Shown here: piece after piece, positions 1 through 8,839 of the stretch
Position numbering within the stretch: position 1 is the stretch's first letter
Layout: every line of letters begins with the position of its first letter
Position numbers and translations under genes: made by a program
The notes under the pieces: generated by a model
What the model saw: the letters and a program-made list of their open reading frames with translations, nothing else
Database searches by the model: none
Told to the model about the DNA's origin: nothing
Source of the DNA: Parcubacteria bacterium GBS-2
Lineage (GTDB): Bacteria; Patescibacteriota; Minisyncoccia; Minisyncoccales; GBS-2
Direction: 5' to 3'
NCBI GenBank assembly: GCA_001443025.1
Contig: LEKP01000007.1
Location: 1 to 21,917, forward strand
Length of the DNA stretch: 21,917 bases

Positions 1-1
1 A

Positions 2-397
2 ATAAAACAAGTTCTCTCAAGGTTTAATGCAAAATTGGCAAATGAAGGATCGCTTAAATGGATGTTTGAAAGAAAGGGGTGTATTACAGTAAATTTAAAA
101 GATCAAGATCCAAATTTAAAAAAGGATGATTTAGAGCTGATTGCCATAGATGCGGGAGCGGAAGATTTTTATTGGTACAATGATAGCTTAGATATTTATT
201 GTGAATTAAAAGATATTGAAAAAGTAAAGGAGAGGTTAACAGCAAAGGGAGTTAAAATTGAATCTGCCACCTTAGATTGGAAACCAAAAGAATTAATAGA
301 TTTGGATGAAAAAAAGAAAGAGGAGTGCTTAAAATTATTCGAGGCCCTCGATGAATTAGACTCAGTCCAGGAAATTTTTTCAAATCTTAAAGTTTAA
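2..397 (+). CDS. yebC: YebC/PmpR (TACO1) family protein, C-terminal part; 5' end lies outside the window
   Basis: The reading frame is open from position 2 with no stop. Translation ...GSLKWMFERKGCI...LDELDSVQEIFSNLKV matches the conserved C-terminal region of YebC-family proteins. The track ORF 35..397 begins at an internal TTG. Confidence 0.72.
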   Translation: MKQVLSRFNAKLANEGSLKWMFERKGCITVNLKDQDPNLKKDDLELIAIDAGAEDFYWYNDSLDIYCELKDIEKVKERLTAKGVKIESATLDWKPKELIDLDEKKKEECLKLFEALDELDSVQEIFSNLKV

Positions 398-403
398 CTC
401 TTC

Positions 404-431
404 TTGACAGAATTTTTGATCAAATTATAAT
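404..431 (+). promoter_or_regulatory. Sigma70-like promoter: TTGACA, 16-nt spacer, TATAAT
   Basis: TTGACA at 404-409 and TATAAT at 426-431 are read directly. It lies just after the yebC stop and upstream of the mini-ORF and PBP gene. Confidence 0.5.
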
Positions 432-476
432 TTTTTTTAGATTTTTTAAAGGTCGTGTTGTAAAAGGTTTAAAAAT

Positions 477-533
477 ATGTTGTTCGAAGAAGAATTGGAA
501 GAAGAAATTGAAGAAGAAGAAATTGAAGAATAA
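477..533 (+). other. 18-codon mini-ORF encoding MLFEEELEEEIEEEEIEE, built from GAA repeats; candidate leader peptide
   Basis: ATG at 477, TAA at 531-533. Pure GAA/ATT/TTG codon run. Weak AAAGG about 10 nt upstream. It sits between the promoter and the hairpin. Confidence 0.25.
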
Positions 534-540
534 AGACTAC

Positions 541-568
541 ACCCCTCCTTTGGAGGGGTATATTTTTG
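541..568 (+). terminator. GC-rich hairpin ACCCCTCC-TTT-GGAGGGGT followed by ATATTTTTG; intrinsic terminator or attenuator, or an SD-sequestering stem
   Basis: Perfect 8-bp inverted repeat at 541-559, followed by a U-rich run. The 3' arm contains GGAGG, 9-15 nt upstream of the PBP TTG/ATG start. Confidence 0.5.
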
Positions 569-571
569 ACC

Positions 572-2557
572 ATGCATTTTTTAACTCAACCTATAAAAAA
601 AATAATTTTATTGCTTTTTAAATTTTCTTTTTTGGTATTTTTTATTTCCTTTTCTATTTTATTTTTTTTATTCCTTTTCTATCTAAAAGATTTGCCACGA
701 CCGGAAGTTTTTATTGAAAGAGAAATCCCTCAATCAACAAAGATTTATGATAGAACCGGAAAAATTTTACTTTATGAAATATATGGAGAAGAAAAAAGAA
801 CTTACGTTTCGCTCTCTCAAATCCCAAAACATTTAAGAGACGCTGTAATTTGTGCGGAGGACTCGAATTTTTATCACCATTTTGGAGTAGACCCTAAAGC
901 ATTAATCCGAGCTATTCTTTCTGATTTAAAAATTTTAAAACCGGTTTATGGGGCTTCAACTATCCCTCAACAACTTATTCGGTCAACTTTTTTATCTTTG
1001 GAAAAAACCCCAGAAAGAAAAACCAAGGAAATAATTTTAGCAATCGAACTAGATCGAAGATATTCAAAAGATCAAATTTTGGAATGGTATTTAAATCAAG
1101 TTCCTTTTGGTCAGAATGCTTATGGAGTAGAAGCTGCCGCCCAAACTTATTTTGGAAAACATGTTTGGGAAATAGATTTAGCAGAGTCAGCTATTTTAGC
1201 AGCTTTGATTAAAGCACCTTATGCGCTTTCACCTTACGAGAATAATTCAAAAGAAAAACTTTTGGCAAGAAAAAATTACATTTTAGACAAAATGGCAAAG
1301 GATGGGTATATCTCAAAAGAAGAAGCAGAAGAGGCAAAAAAGAAAGAGATTTTTTTTAAAGAAAAGAAAGTTGAACTTTTAGCTCCGTACTTTAGTCTTT
1401 GGGTAAAAAGTATTTTAGAAAAAGAATATGGAAAAGATCATTTATTAATTAGCGGTTGGAAGGTGTATACTTCTTTAGATTATGAAATCCAAAAGATTGC
1501 GGAGGAGGAAGTAAGGGAAGGAATAAAAAGAAATAAACAATACAATGCTCACAATGCTGCATTGGTGGCGATTTCTCCTAAAACGGGGGAGGTGTTAGCG
1601 ATGACGGTTGGAACAGGAAACTATTATGAAAATCCTTATCCTGAAGGATGTAATCCAGGAATTGATTGTCTTTTTGACCCAAAATTTAATATTGCAGTAG
1701 GAACCAAAAAAGCGCCAGGAAGACAACCAGGATCTGCTTTTAAACCATTTATTTATGTAACTGCTTTTAAAAAAGGTTATAATGATAAATTTTTGGTATT
1801 GGATTCGCCCACAAACTTTGGTATTTGGGGAGGAAAAGAATACATTCCTCAAAACTATGATGGACAGTTTAGAGGTTTGGTAACTTTAAGATCTGCCTTA
1901 GCTCAATCTCTCAACATTCCTTCAATAAAGCTCTTGTATGCTATTGGTTTAAACGAAAAAATTGAAAGTTTAGAAATTTCAAATTTTAGAGGAAAAGAAA
2001 AAATTCTCTTGGAAGGATTGAAAGAGAGTTTAAAAACCGCTAAAGATCTTGGAATTACTACCTTAACTAAAGATATCTCAAACTACGGTCCATCTATTGT
2101 TTTAGGAGGGGGAGAAGTAACTCCGTTGGAAATGGCTTATGCATATTCTGTTTTTGCAAATGGTGGCTTAAAAGCTCCTCTTTCTCCAATCTTAAAAATT
2201 GAAGATTCAAAGGGAAATATAATTTTTGAAAAGAAAAATGATCAAATTCGAGTTTTAGATGAAAAAGTGTCTCAATTAATTACAGATATTCTTTCAGATA
2301 ACGAGGCTAGAGCACCAATGTTTGGGTTAAGATCTCATTTATATTTCGATAAATATAAAGTGGCAGCGAAAACAGGAACTACCGATAATTTCAAAGATTG
2401 TTGGATTGTTGGTTATACACCAGAAATCTCAGTAAGTGTTTGGGTTGGAAATAACAATAATGCTCCGATGATAAAAAATCAACCTGCAGCAACTATTGCA
2501 GGACCAATTTTTCATTCTTTTTTAGAAAGAGTTCTACCAAAACTCACGTCGATTTAA
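572..2557 (+). CDS. Class A penicillin-binding protein (bifunctional transglycosylase/transpeptidase, PBP1A-type)
   Basis: N-terminal TM helix. GT51 transglycosylase motifs (EDSNFYHHFGVD, RKTKE). Transpeptidase motifs SAFKPF (SxxK), SLN (SxN), KTGTT (KTG). ATG at 572; the track uses TTG at 566. Confidence 0.9.
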   Translation: MHFLTQPIKKIILLLFKFSFLVFFISFSILFFLFLFYLKDLPRPEVFIEREIPQSTKIYDRTGKILLYEIYGEEKRTYVSLSQIPKHLRDAVICAEDSNFYHHFGVDPKALIRAILSDLKILKPVYGASTIPQQLIRSTFLSLEKTPERKTKEIILAIELDRRYSKDQILEWYLNQVPFGQNAYGVEAAAQTYFGKHVWEIDLAESAILAALIKAPYALSPYENNSKEKLLARKNYILDKMAKDGYISKEEAEEAKKKEIFFKEKKVELLAPYFSLWVKSILEKEYGKDHLLISGWKVYTSLDYEIQKIAEEEVREGIKRNKQYNAHNAALVAISPKTGEVLAMTVGTGNYYENPYPEGCNPGIDCLFDPKFNIAVGTKKAPGRQPGSAFKPFIYVTAFKKGYNDKFLVLDSPTNFGIWGGKEYIPQNYDGQFRGLVTLRSALAQSLNIPSIKLLYAIGLNEKIESLEISNFRGKEKILLEGLKESLKTAKDLGITTLTKDISNYGPSIVLGGGEVTPLEMAYAYSVFANGGLKAPLSPILKIEDSKGNIIFEKKNDQIRVLDEKVSQLITDILSDNEARAPMFGLRSHLYFDKYKVAAKTGTTDNFKDCWIVGYTPEISVSVWVGNNNNAPMIKNQPAATIAGPIFHSFLERVLPKLTSI

Positions 2558-3662
2558 TCGGCATTAAAATATAGAAAAATTCTTCAGATGGTTTTAAAAT
2601 AGCTGGTCCATCAGGTTCTGTGAAAAGAAAATCAAACTCTTTTTCATCGATTGAGGATATCCCTTCAATTAAAAATCTGTAATTAAAAGATATTGAAATA
2701 TTTTCTCCTTCAATTACTGCTGGAATTTGACTTTTAAATTCTCCAAAATCTGGATTTTCACTTAAAATTCCAATTTTTGAGCTCTTTTTATTAATTTCTA
2801 ATTTTACTTCGTTTATTTTTCCACTAAATAAGCTAGCAGTTTTAATTTGAGATAAAAACTCGTCCTTATTTACACGGACCTTTGTTTTAAATTTTTTCGG
2901 AATTATCTCTTGATAATTAGGGTATTCACCCTCAATTAATCTTGAAGTAAATAATATTTTTGGGTGTGGTGATTCTTTTGCTAAACTTTCAATGAATATT
3001 TGGTTTGGAGTTAAGTAAAAATTTATTTCCTCATCTTCTTTTCGAAAAATTCCTATTATTTCTTTAGCTGCATTTTGAGGTAAAATTAGAGAATAAATTT
3101 TATTTTGTTTAGTTGATAATTTAATTTTCTTTTCTGCTAACCTAAAACTATCAGTTGCCACTAATTTTAATACATCACCCTCGAATAAAAAATAAATTCC
3201 AGAAATTTCGGGTCTTCCTAAAGAGGGGGATGGGATGTTTATTATTTGGCTTAATGCGCTACAAAGTTTTTCACTTGGAACAGGAATTTTTTCTAAAGAA
3301 TCTTTCTGAGGAATAAGAGGAAATTCTTCTGGGTTTACCCCTTTAATTTTTAAGGAAACGTTTTCGTCGTTTATTTTTAAAATATTATCTTCAGATGATA
3401 GAATAATAGTTTCTTCTTTAAGATGAGTTATTACATTTGAAAAAAGTTTAGCATCAACACAAATTTTTCCATGCTCTTCTACTTTTGCTAATCCCCACCA
3501 AATAATTCCAGATTCTAAATTTGTAGCAGAAATTTTTAAAAAGTTTTTTTCAGTTTCAATTAGACAAGTTGAAAGAATGGGTAAAGAAACTTTTTTTAAT
3601 GAAATTTTTGTTACAATTTCCAATCCTTTAACTAAATTGTCTTTTAAAATTTTTATTTTCAT
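2544..3662 (-). CDS. dnaN: DNA polymerase III beta subunit (sliding clamp)
   Basis: 372 aa; MKIKILKDNLVKGLEIV... is typical of beta clamps. It lies directly downstream of dnaA on the same strand. Its stop overlaps the PBP stop convergently by 14 nt. Confidence 0.88.
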   Translation of the reverse strand: MKIKILKDNLVKGLEIVTKISLKKVSLPILSTCLIETEKNFLKISATNLESGIIWWGLAKVEEHGKICVDAKLFSNVITHLKEETIILSSEDNILKINDENVSLKIKGVNPEEFPLIPQKDSLEKIPVPSEKLCSALSQIINIPSPSLGRPEISGIYFLFEGDVLKLVATDSFRLAEKKIKLSTKQNKIYSLILPQNAAKEIIGIFRKEDEEINFYLTPNQIFIESLAKESPHPKILFTSRLIEGEYPNYQEIIPKKFKTKVRVNKDEFLSQIKTASLFSGKINEVKLEINKKSSKIGILSENPDFGEFKSQIPAVIEGENISISFNYRFLIEGISSIDEKEFDFLFTEPDGPAILKPSEEFFYILMPIKST

Positions 3663-3714
3663 TGTTGTAGTTTTATTTTAACTTAATTTTTAATCTAAAA
3701 AAACTGAGAATCTT

Positions 3715-3723
3715 TGTGGAAAA
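3715..3723. promoter_or_regulatory. DnaA-box-like 9-mer TGTGGAAAA (one mismatch to TGTGGATAA) in the dnaA-dnaN spacer
   Basis: Read directly from the sequence. The surrounding 74-bp spacer is very AT-rich. Confidence 0.3.
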
Positions 3724-3736
3724 AATGTAAATTATT

Positions 3737-5101
3737 TCAGGAAAAAATTCTTTCATAAATTTCCTTCAACTCTTCCACTAATTCTTCATTAGTTTTTAAA
3801 CTATTTTCAACCTTGTTATATGCATGAATTGCAGTAGTATGATCTTTCCCCCCAAATTTACGTCCAATAAAAGGAAAAGAACATTTTAATTCTTTCCTTA
3901 AAAGATACATTGCAATTTGTCTAGGTTTTACATACTCTTTTCTTCTTGAGTTTGAAAGCAAATCTTTCTCTGAAATTTCGTAAAATTCAGCAACTGTTTT
4001 AATTATTTTTTTAACACTAGAAATTTTATTAAAAGGAGAAATTAAATTTTTCAAAAGCATCTTTGCGGTTTGGAAATCTGGTACCTTTTTATTTAATTTT
4101 TGGTAAGTTACAAGAATATTTAAAGCTCCCTCTAGTTCTCGAATATTCTTTTTTATATTTGTAGCAATATAATTCAAAATTTCATCAGAAAAACTTACCC
4201 CTCTTTCTTCAACCTTTGCTTTTAATATAGCTAATCTGGTTTCAAAATCAGGTAAAGAAATATCCGCAATTATTCCTCCTTCAAACCTCGATCTTAATCT
4301 TTCAGCTAAAGCGGGAATTGCCTTTGGGGGTCTATCAGACGAAATAACTATTTGTTTATTTTTTTCATAAAGAGTATTAAAAATGTAAAAAAATTCTTCT
4401 TGGGTTTTTTCTTTTCCAGATAAAAACTGGATATCATCGATTAACAAAACATCAAAATTCTGATAGAAGGTTTTTAAATCTTCGATTTGGTGATTTTTAA
4501 TTGCTAAAATTACATCCGATACGAATTTTTCACAAGGTACATACCTTACCTTCTTTTTTGGTAAATTTTTAATAATCTCATTCCCAATTGCTTGAAGAAG
4601 ATGAGTTTTTCCCAAACCTACACCTCCGTAAACAAAGAAGGGATTGTAAACTTGTCCTGGGTTTTTTACCACTGCCATTGCAGCAGCATATGCCAATTCG
4701 TTAAAAGATCCAACTACGAAATTTGAAAAAGTATACCTCGGATTTAAATTAGTTTTTTTGTCAATTTCTAACTCTTGAAAAGTTAATTGACCAATAGATA
4801 ATAGTTCTCTAGGTTTTTTTTCAATCACTTTTAAACCTCCTTTTTCTATTTGATAAGATACCTCTTTAGTTTCTGGCACTAAATTTTTTAAAATTTTTAA
4901 AATCGTTTTATTATATTTTTGTTGAAGCCACTCTTTAACAAAAGAATTTGGGACAGAAATTACAACTTTCCCATCTTCAATAGATGAAATTTTAGTATTT
5001 TGGAACCAAGTAGCAAAATTAGCGGGAGAGGTCATTAGTTGAATTTGAGCTAAAACTGATTGCCAAATTTCTTCCTTTTCCATAATTTTATTATACTCCA
5101 A
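3737..5101 (-). CDS. dnaA: Chromosomal replication initiator protein DnaA
   Basis: Walker A GGVGLGKTHLL, Walker B LLIDDIQFL, sensor motifs, and a C-terminal DNA-binding domain (...GGKDHTTAIHAYNKV). Confidence 0.93.
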   Translation of the reverse strand: MEYNKIMEKEEIWQSVLAQIQLMTSPANFATWFQNTKISSIEDGKVVISVPNSFVKEWLQQKYNKTILKILKNLVPETKEVSYQIEKGGLKVIEKKPRELLSIGQLTFQELEIDKKTNLNPRYTFSNFVVGSFNELAYAAAMAVVKNPGQVYNPFFVYGGVGLGKTHLLQAIGNEIIKNLPKKKVRYVPCEKFVSDVILAIKNHQIEDLKTFYQNFDVLLIDDIQFLSGKEKTQEEFFYIFNTLYEKNKQIVISSDRPPKAIPALAERLRSRFEGGIIADISLPDFETRLAILKAKVEERGVSFSDEILNYIATNIKKNIRELEGALNILVTYQKLNKKVPDFQTAKMLLKNLISPFNKISSVKKIIKTVAEFYEISEKDLLSNSRRKEYVKPRQIAMYLLRKELKCSFPFIGRKFGGKDHTTAIHAYNKVENSLKTNEELVEELKEIYERIFS

Positions 5102-5201
5102 ATAGATGATGTCAAAAATCCGAAAAAACTAGAAATACTGTTAATAACTTGTGAATATTTTGTGAATTGACTAAAAAACAAAAAAAATATAAGATAAAAG
5201 A
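5102..5201. promoter_or_regulatory. Candidate oriC / divergent promoter region between dnaA and rpmH
   Basis: AT-rich 100-bp spacer between divergent dnaA and rpmH. Degenerate DnaA-box-like 9-mers TGTGAATAT (5150-5158) and TGTGAATTG (5161-5169). A possible rpmH promoter TTGACT(5167-5172)-15 nt-TATAAG(5188-5193). Confidence 0.35.
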
Positions 5202-5330
5202 ATGTCAATAACTTATCAACCAAACAAAAGAAAACGAAAAAAAACTCATGGATTCCTCGCGAGAAAAAAAAGAAAGGGGAAGATTTTAAAAAGAAGAAGA
5301 AAAAAAGGAAGATGGCAACTTACCCCCTAA
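5202..5330 (+). CDS. rpmH: 50S ribosomal protein L34
   Basis: Manual translation gives [42 protein letters not shown] (42 aa), a clear L34 signature. It is absent from the ORF track because of its size. Its 3' end overlaps the rnpA start. Confidence 0.82.
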   Translation: MSITYQPNKRKRKKTHGFLARKKRKGKILKRRRKKGRWQLTP

Positions 5331-5671
5331 AAAAATATAGGTTAAGAGGAAAAGAATTTAATGAAGTTTTGAAAAAAGGGCAAAGTTTTAGAATAGACGA
5401 TCTTCTTTTAAAACTACTTCAAAAAGAAAAAAATAAAAAAATTGGATTTCTAATAAGAAAAAAAATTTTAAAAAAAGCAGTTCAAAGAAATAAACTGAAA
5501 AGAAAATTAAGAGAGTTAGCCAGAGAAAAAATAGAACATATAAAAGAAGGAATAAGAATCATTTTCATTCCTTTACCGGGTTTCGAAAAGAAAGATCAAG
5601 GAGAAATTAAGATGATTTTTAATAGTTTGCTAAAAAAAGCCAAAATTTTAAAAAATGAACCCAATTGTTGA
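5312..5671 (+). CDS. rnpA: Ribonuclease P protein component
   Basis: 119 aa, basic, with an RnpA-like core (...[10 protein letters not shown]...[26 protein letters not shown]). Canonical rpmH-rnpA-yidC order. Confidence 0.85.
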   Translation: MATYPLKKYRLRGKEFNEVLKKGQSFRIDDLLLKLLQKEKNKKIGFLIRKKILKKAVQRNKLKRKLRELAREKIEHIKEGIRIIFIPLPGFEKKDQGEIKMIFNSLLKKAKILKNEPNC

Positions 5672-6275
5672 TATTTACAATTTAGTTTTTTTTCAACCTG
5701 TTTATTATGGGCTTTTATTACTCTATAAATACTTAAAAGACTTTGGTCTCTCAGTAGTAGTATTGACAGTAATCATTAAGCTGATTCTTTTTCCTTTAGA
5801 TTATAAAAATTCAAAAGAACAAGAAAAATTTTTAAAAATTAAAAAGGCAATCGAGCAAATAGGAAAAAAACTAAACGGAGAGCAAAAAGTAAAAGAAATA
5901 GCAGCAATTTACCAAAAAGAAAAAATTAACCCTTTTTTTAGTTTAATTTCTTTAATTATCCAGCTTCCTATTTTAGTAGCTCTTTATCAAGTTTTTTTAA
6001 AAAGTACAAATCAAATTAATCCATTTTTTTTCGGTGTTTTAAATCTTTCGGTGCCAAATCCTATCTTGGCTAGTGTGGCTATTTGTTTTCAAATTTTTTA
6101 TTTATGGTTGAGCGCGAGAATGAATAAAGAAATTTCGCCTTTAAAAAATCCAATTACCCTTCTTTTAATCCCTTTCACTTTAATCATTTTAATTAAATTA
6201 CCCTCCGTGATTTCGCTTTATTTCACAGTTACCTATCTCCTTTTAATAGTGCAAAAATATTTTTTCCATGTCTGA
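5655..6275 (+). CDS. yidC: Membrane protein insertase YidC/Oxa1 family (short form)
   Basis: 206 aa, polytopic. Conserved YidC region (...LPILVALYQVF...). Position after rnpA. Start overlaps the rnpA end. Confidence 0.75.
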   Translation: MNPIVDIYNLVFFQPVYYGLLLLYKYLKDFGLSVVVLTVIIKLILFPLDYKNSKEQEKFLKIKKAIEQIGKKLNGEQKVKEIAAIYQKEKINPFFSLISLIIQLPILVALYQVFLKSTNQINPFFFGVLNLSVPNPILASVAICFQIFYLWLSARMNKEISPLKNPITLLLIPFTLIILIKLPSVISLYFTVTYLLLIVQKYFFHV

Positions 6276-6723
6276 AGAAATAATTAAAAAAATTGAAAAA
6301 AAAGTAAAGGAATTTTTTGGAAAGATGGGGTACGAAATAGAGCTAAAAATTTCAAAAAAAGATAATATTTTTAAAATTGATATTCAAACGAAAGATTTTA
6401 CAGATCTAATAGGTGAAAAAGGAAAAACTTTATCTGAAATTCAACACATTTTGAATGCAATTTTAAAAAAAGAAATAAAAGAAGAGTTTTATCTTGATTT
6501 AGATATTGGAGGATATAAAGAAAGAAAGATTAAATATTTAAAAGAATTAGCTAAATCAGTTGCGGATGAAGTTGCTTTAACAAAAAAAGAAAAAATTTTA
6601 GAACCAATGCCAGCTTATGAAAGAAGAGTTATTCATTTAGAACTAGCCTCGAGGCCAGATGTGACTACAGAAAGTATTGGAAGAGAGCCAAAGAGAAGAG
6701 TGGTAATTAAACCTTATCCATAA
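6268..6723 (+). CDS. jag: Jag/KhpB-type RNA-binding protein (KH + R3H domains)
   Basis: 151 aa. C-terminal R3H-like segment (...YERRVIHLELASRPDVTTESIGREPKRRVVI). Canonical position after yidC, with an 8-nt overlap. Confidence 0.78.
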   Translation: MSEEIIKKIEKKVKEFFGKMGYEIELKISKKDNIFKIDIQTKDFTDLIGEKGKTLSEIQHILNAILKKEIKEEFYLDLDIGGYKERKIKYLKELAKSVADEVALTKKEKILEPMPAYERRVIHLELASRPDVTTESIGREPKRRVVIKPYP

Positions 6724-6728
6724 ATTAC

Positions 6729-7031
6729 TTATTTTCCAACCGCTCCAACTAAATTTGCGATTATTTCCGCAAGCGCAATGATTACAAGACCGAAAATTGC
6801 TGCATAGATTCGGTCTTTAGCGTTTGAAATTTGTGATGGATTTCCACCTGATGTCATCCATAAAAAACCTCCAATGACAATCATTAAAACCGCACCAGCA
6901 ATAGCAATATTTCTGATTAAATCACCAATTTCTTCTAAAACACCAATTCCACTTGTTGTGGTCGCTCCGCTTGCGGTAAAAGCTGAAAAAGAAAAATAAG
7001 TCAAAAAAAAGAAAAGGAAAATTTTTTTCAT
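6729..7031 (-). CDS. Small secreted two-helix membrane protein; TrbC/VirB2-like pilin candidate
   Basis: 100 aa: N-terminal signal peptide, then two hydrophobic helices separated by the TSGGNPSQISNAKDR loop. It is the last gene of the VirB4-containing operon and is related to the C-terminus of the 1375-aa protein. Confidence 0.4.
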   Translation of the reverse strand: MKKIFLFFFLTYFSFSAFTASGATTTSGIGVLEEIGDLIRNIAIAGAVLMIVIGGFLWMTSGGNPSQISNAKDRIYAAIFGLVIIALAEIIANLVGAVGK

Positions 7032-7042
7032 AAAAGTCTATA

Positions 7043-8839
7043 TTATCCTATACCTTTTTCCATTTTTATTTTCAAGATTTGTTCAGGAGAACTTGTTACT
7101 ATTTGATCTTCAGTGTACGAAGCAACAACTTTCATTAAAACATGTTTTTGACCTGCAAAAATTATTCCTTCACCAACCTCTGTTTCTAACAAAAGATATT
7201 TTTCTTCATCAGTTAAGTTGAAGGTTTTCTGGACAATATCAATAGTTGCTGGAGATTGTTTAAAAAGAACAACAATTGAAGAGTTAGTAATAATTGGCTG
7301 TCCATAGGCAGATTTCATAAAATCTCCTACATCTTGGGTAATAGTTGTGACTCCCAACCAATATTTTCTGCATCTTTTTACCATTCCGTACAAGAACGAT
7401 GCTCCATCTTCTTCTTTCATTATCCACCAAGCTTCATCAACTATTAAAATCCTCTTTTTTAATTCAGATCTTACTTTATTCCAAATGTACCTCATAATGA
7501 TAAAACTTGCGATTGGCCTCAATTCATCTTCCATATCTCTTATTCCAAAAACGACTAATGGTTTATCTAATTCTACATTGGTTCTTTGATTAAAGAATTG
7601 GGCAAAAGTTCCTTTTGTAAATCTTCTTATTCTTCTAACTAAAGACTCAGCCCCCTCCATTCCTTCTAATACTTTTTCTAAATCTTCCATAATTGGTATT
7701 CTTTCCTTCCAGAATTTTGGATTGGTGTGAGGGGTAATATCCTTCGCTGCATAAGTTTCAGTTATTGCCTTATCCATAATTGAATCTTCTTCTGGGGTTA
7801 GTCCACCGAGCATCATTCTCATTAAACCAACAAGGTTAATTACATTCGATCTTAGCACATCTCCTGGACTTTCATCTTCTCTTGGAGTTGGCAAATCAAA
7901 GGGATTAATATGGTGAGGGGACCCCAAAGAGATATTCAAAAACGATCCTCCAACTGCCTCAGCCAACATTTTGTATTCATTTTCAGGATCGATAACTATC
8001 ACATCAATTCCTTGCATTAAAGATCTCAAAATTTGTAACTTCACATAATAAGATTTTCCAGAACCTGAAGTACCAAAGACTACTTCATTTGCATTTTGCA
8101 TAGAAAACCGGTCAAAAAGAATTAAAGAATTGTTATGGCGGTTGAGTCCATACAAAATTCCTCTATTAGAACTTAGGTCTAAAGAGACAAACGGGAAGAT
8201 TGTCGAAAGAGGAGCTGTGTTCATTGGAGTTAAAACCTGAATCTGGTCTAATCCATATGGGATACTAGAATGAAATCCTTCTTTTTGCCTGAAAGTTGCA
8301 GGCTTTATATAAATAAGTTTTGATTCAAAAATAGACCTTAAAACATTTTCAATTTCTTTCAATTCTTTTTCGGAATTTCCATACACATTCAAATAGATTC
8401 CAACTTTAAACATCTTTTCTTGAGCGGTAATTAATTTATCCCTTAACTCTTCTAAATCCCTATAGGCTATTTCTAATTGCGGATCTCTAATCAATCCTTT
8501 CTCTTCTTTTTCGTGAATTTCAGCTAAAATTTCAGTTAGTCTTTTTCTAATTTGTTTTAAAATCATCTCTGAGGAAAATGGATAAATATGAATGCCGATG
8601 TCGAAAGGAACATCAAGGTTTATTATCGAAGAAAGCCAGGCGGTGCTTAAATACCTTGGATAAGAAAAGAGAAAATAAGATTTAGAAAATCTTTTCCCAA
8701 TTCTTAAAAAGTTACTCCCCAAATAAATTGAAGAAGGAGCAACTATATCCTTTGTTGTAATTTCTTCTCTCTCAAAAATCTTTTCAACTTCTATATCCTT
8801 TTTAATATCCTTTTTGGAAAACAAAAATGGAATTTTCAT
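7043..8839 (-). CDS. VirB4/TraC/CagE-family type IV secretion ATPase, central plus ATPase portion
   Basis: 598 aa. Walker A FGTSGSGKS. Walker B ILIVDEAWW, with the family-typical DEAW. Central segment YPRYLSTAWLSSIINLDVPFDIGIHIYP resembles the conserved VirB4 region of Gram-positive conjugative ATPases. Confidence 0.7.
   Translation of the reverse strand: MKIPFLFSKKDIKKDIEVEKIFEREEITTKDIVAPSSIYLGSNFLRIGKRFSKSYFLFSYPRYLSTAWLSSIINLDVPFDIGIHIYPFSSEMILKQIRKRLTEILAEIHEKEEKGLIRDPQLEIAYRDLEELRDKLITAQEKMFKVGIYLNVYGNSEKELKEIENVLRSIFESKLIYIKPATFRQKEGFHSSIPYGLDQIQVLTPMNTAPLSTIFPFVSLDLSSNRGILYGLNRHNNSLILFDRFSMQNANEVVFGTSGSGKSYYVKLQILRSLMQGIDVIVIDPENEYKMLAEAVGGSFLNISLGSPHHINPFDLPTPREDESPGDVLRSNVINLVGLMRMMLGGLTPEEDSIMDKAITETYAAKDITPHTNPKFWKERIPIMEDLEKVLEGMEGAESLVRRIRRFTKGTFAQFFNQRTNVELDKPLVVFGIRDMEDELRPIASFIIMRYIWNKVRSELKKRILIVDEAWWIMKEEDGASFLYGMVKRCRKYWLGVTTITQDVGDFMKSAYGQPIITNSSIVVLFKQSPATIDIVQKTFNLTDEEKYLLLETEVGEGIIFAGQKHVLMKVVASYTEDQIVTSSPEQILKIKMEKGIG

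Noticed and set aside
1595-1852. 85-aa minus-strand ORF inside the PBP gene
   Set aside because: Antisense to a well-supported CDS, low complexity, no motifs.
7347-7589. 80-aa plus-strand ORF inside the VirB4-like gene
   Set aside because: Embedded antisense ORF with no recognisable motifs.
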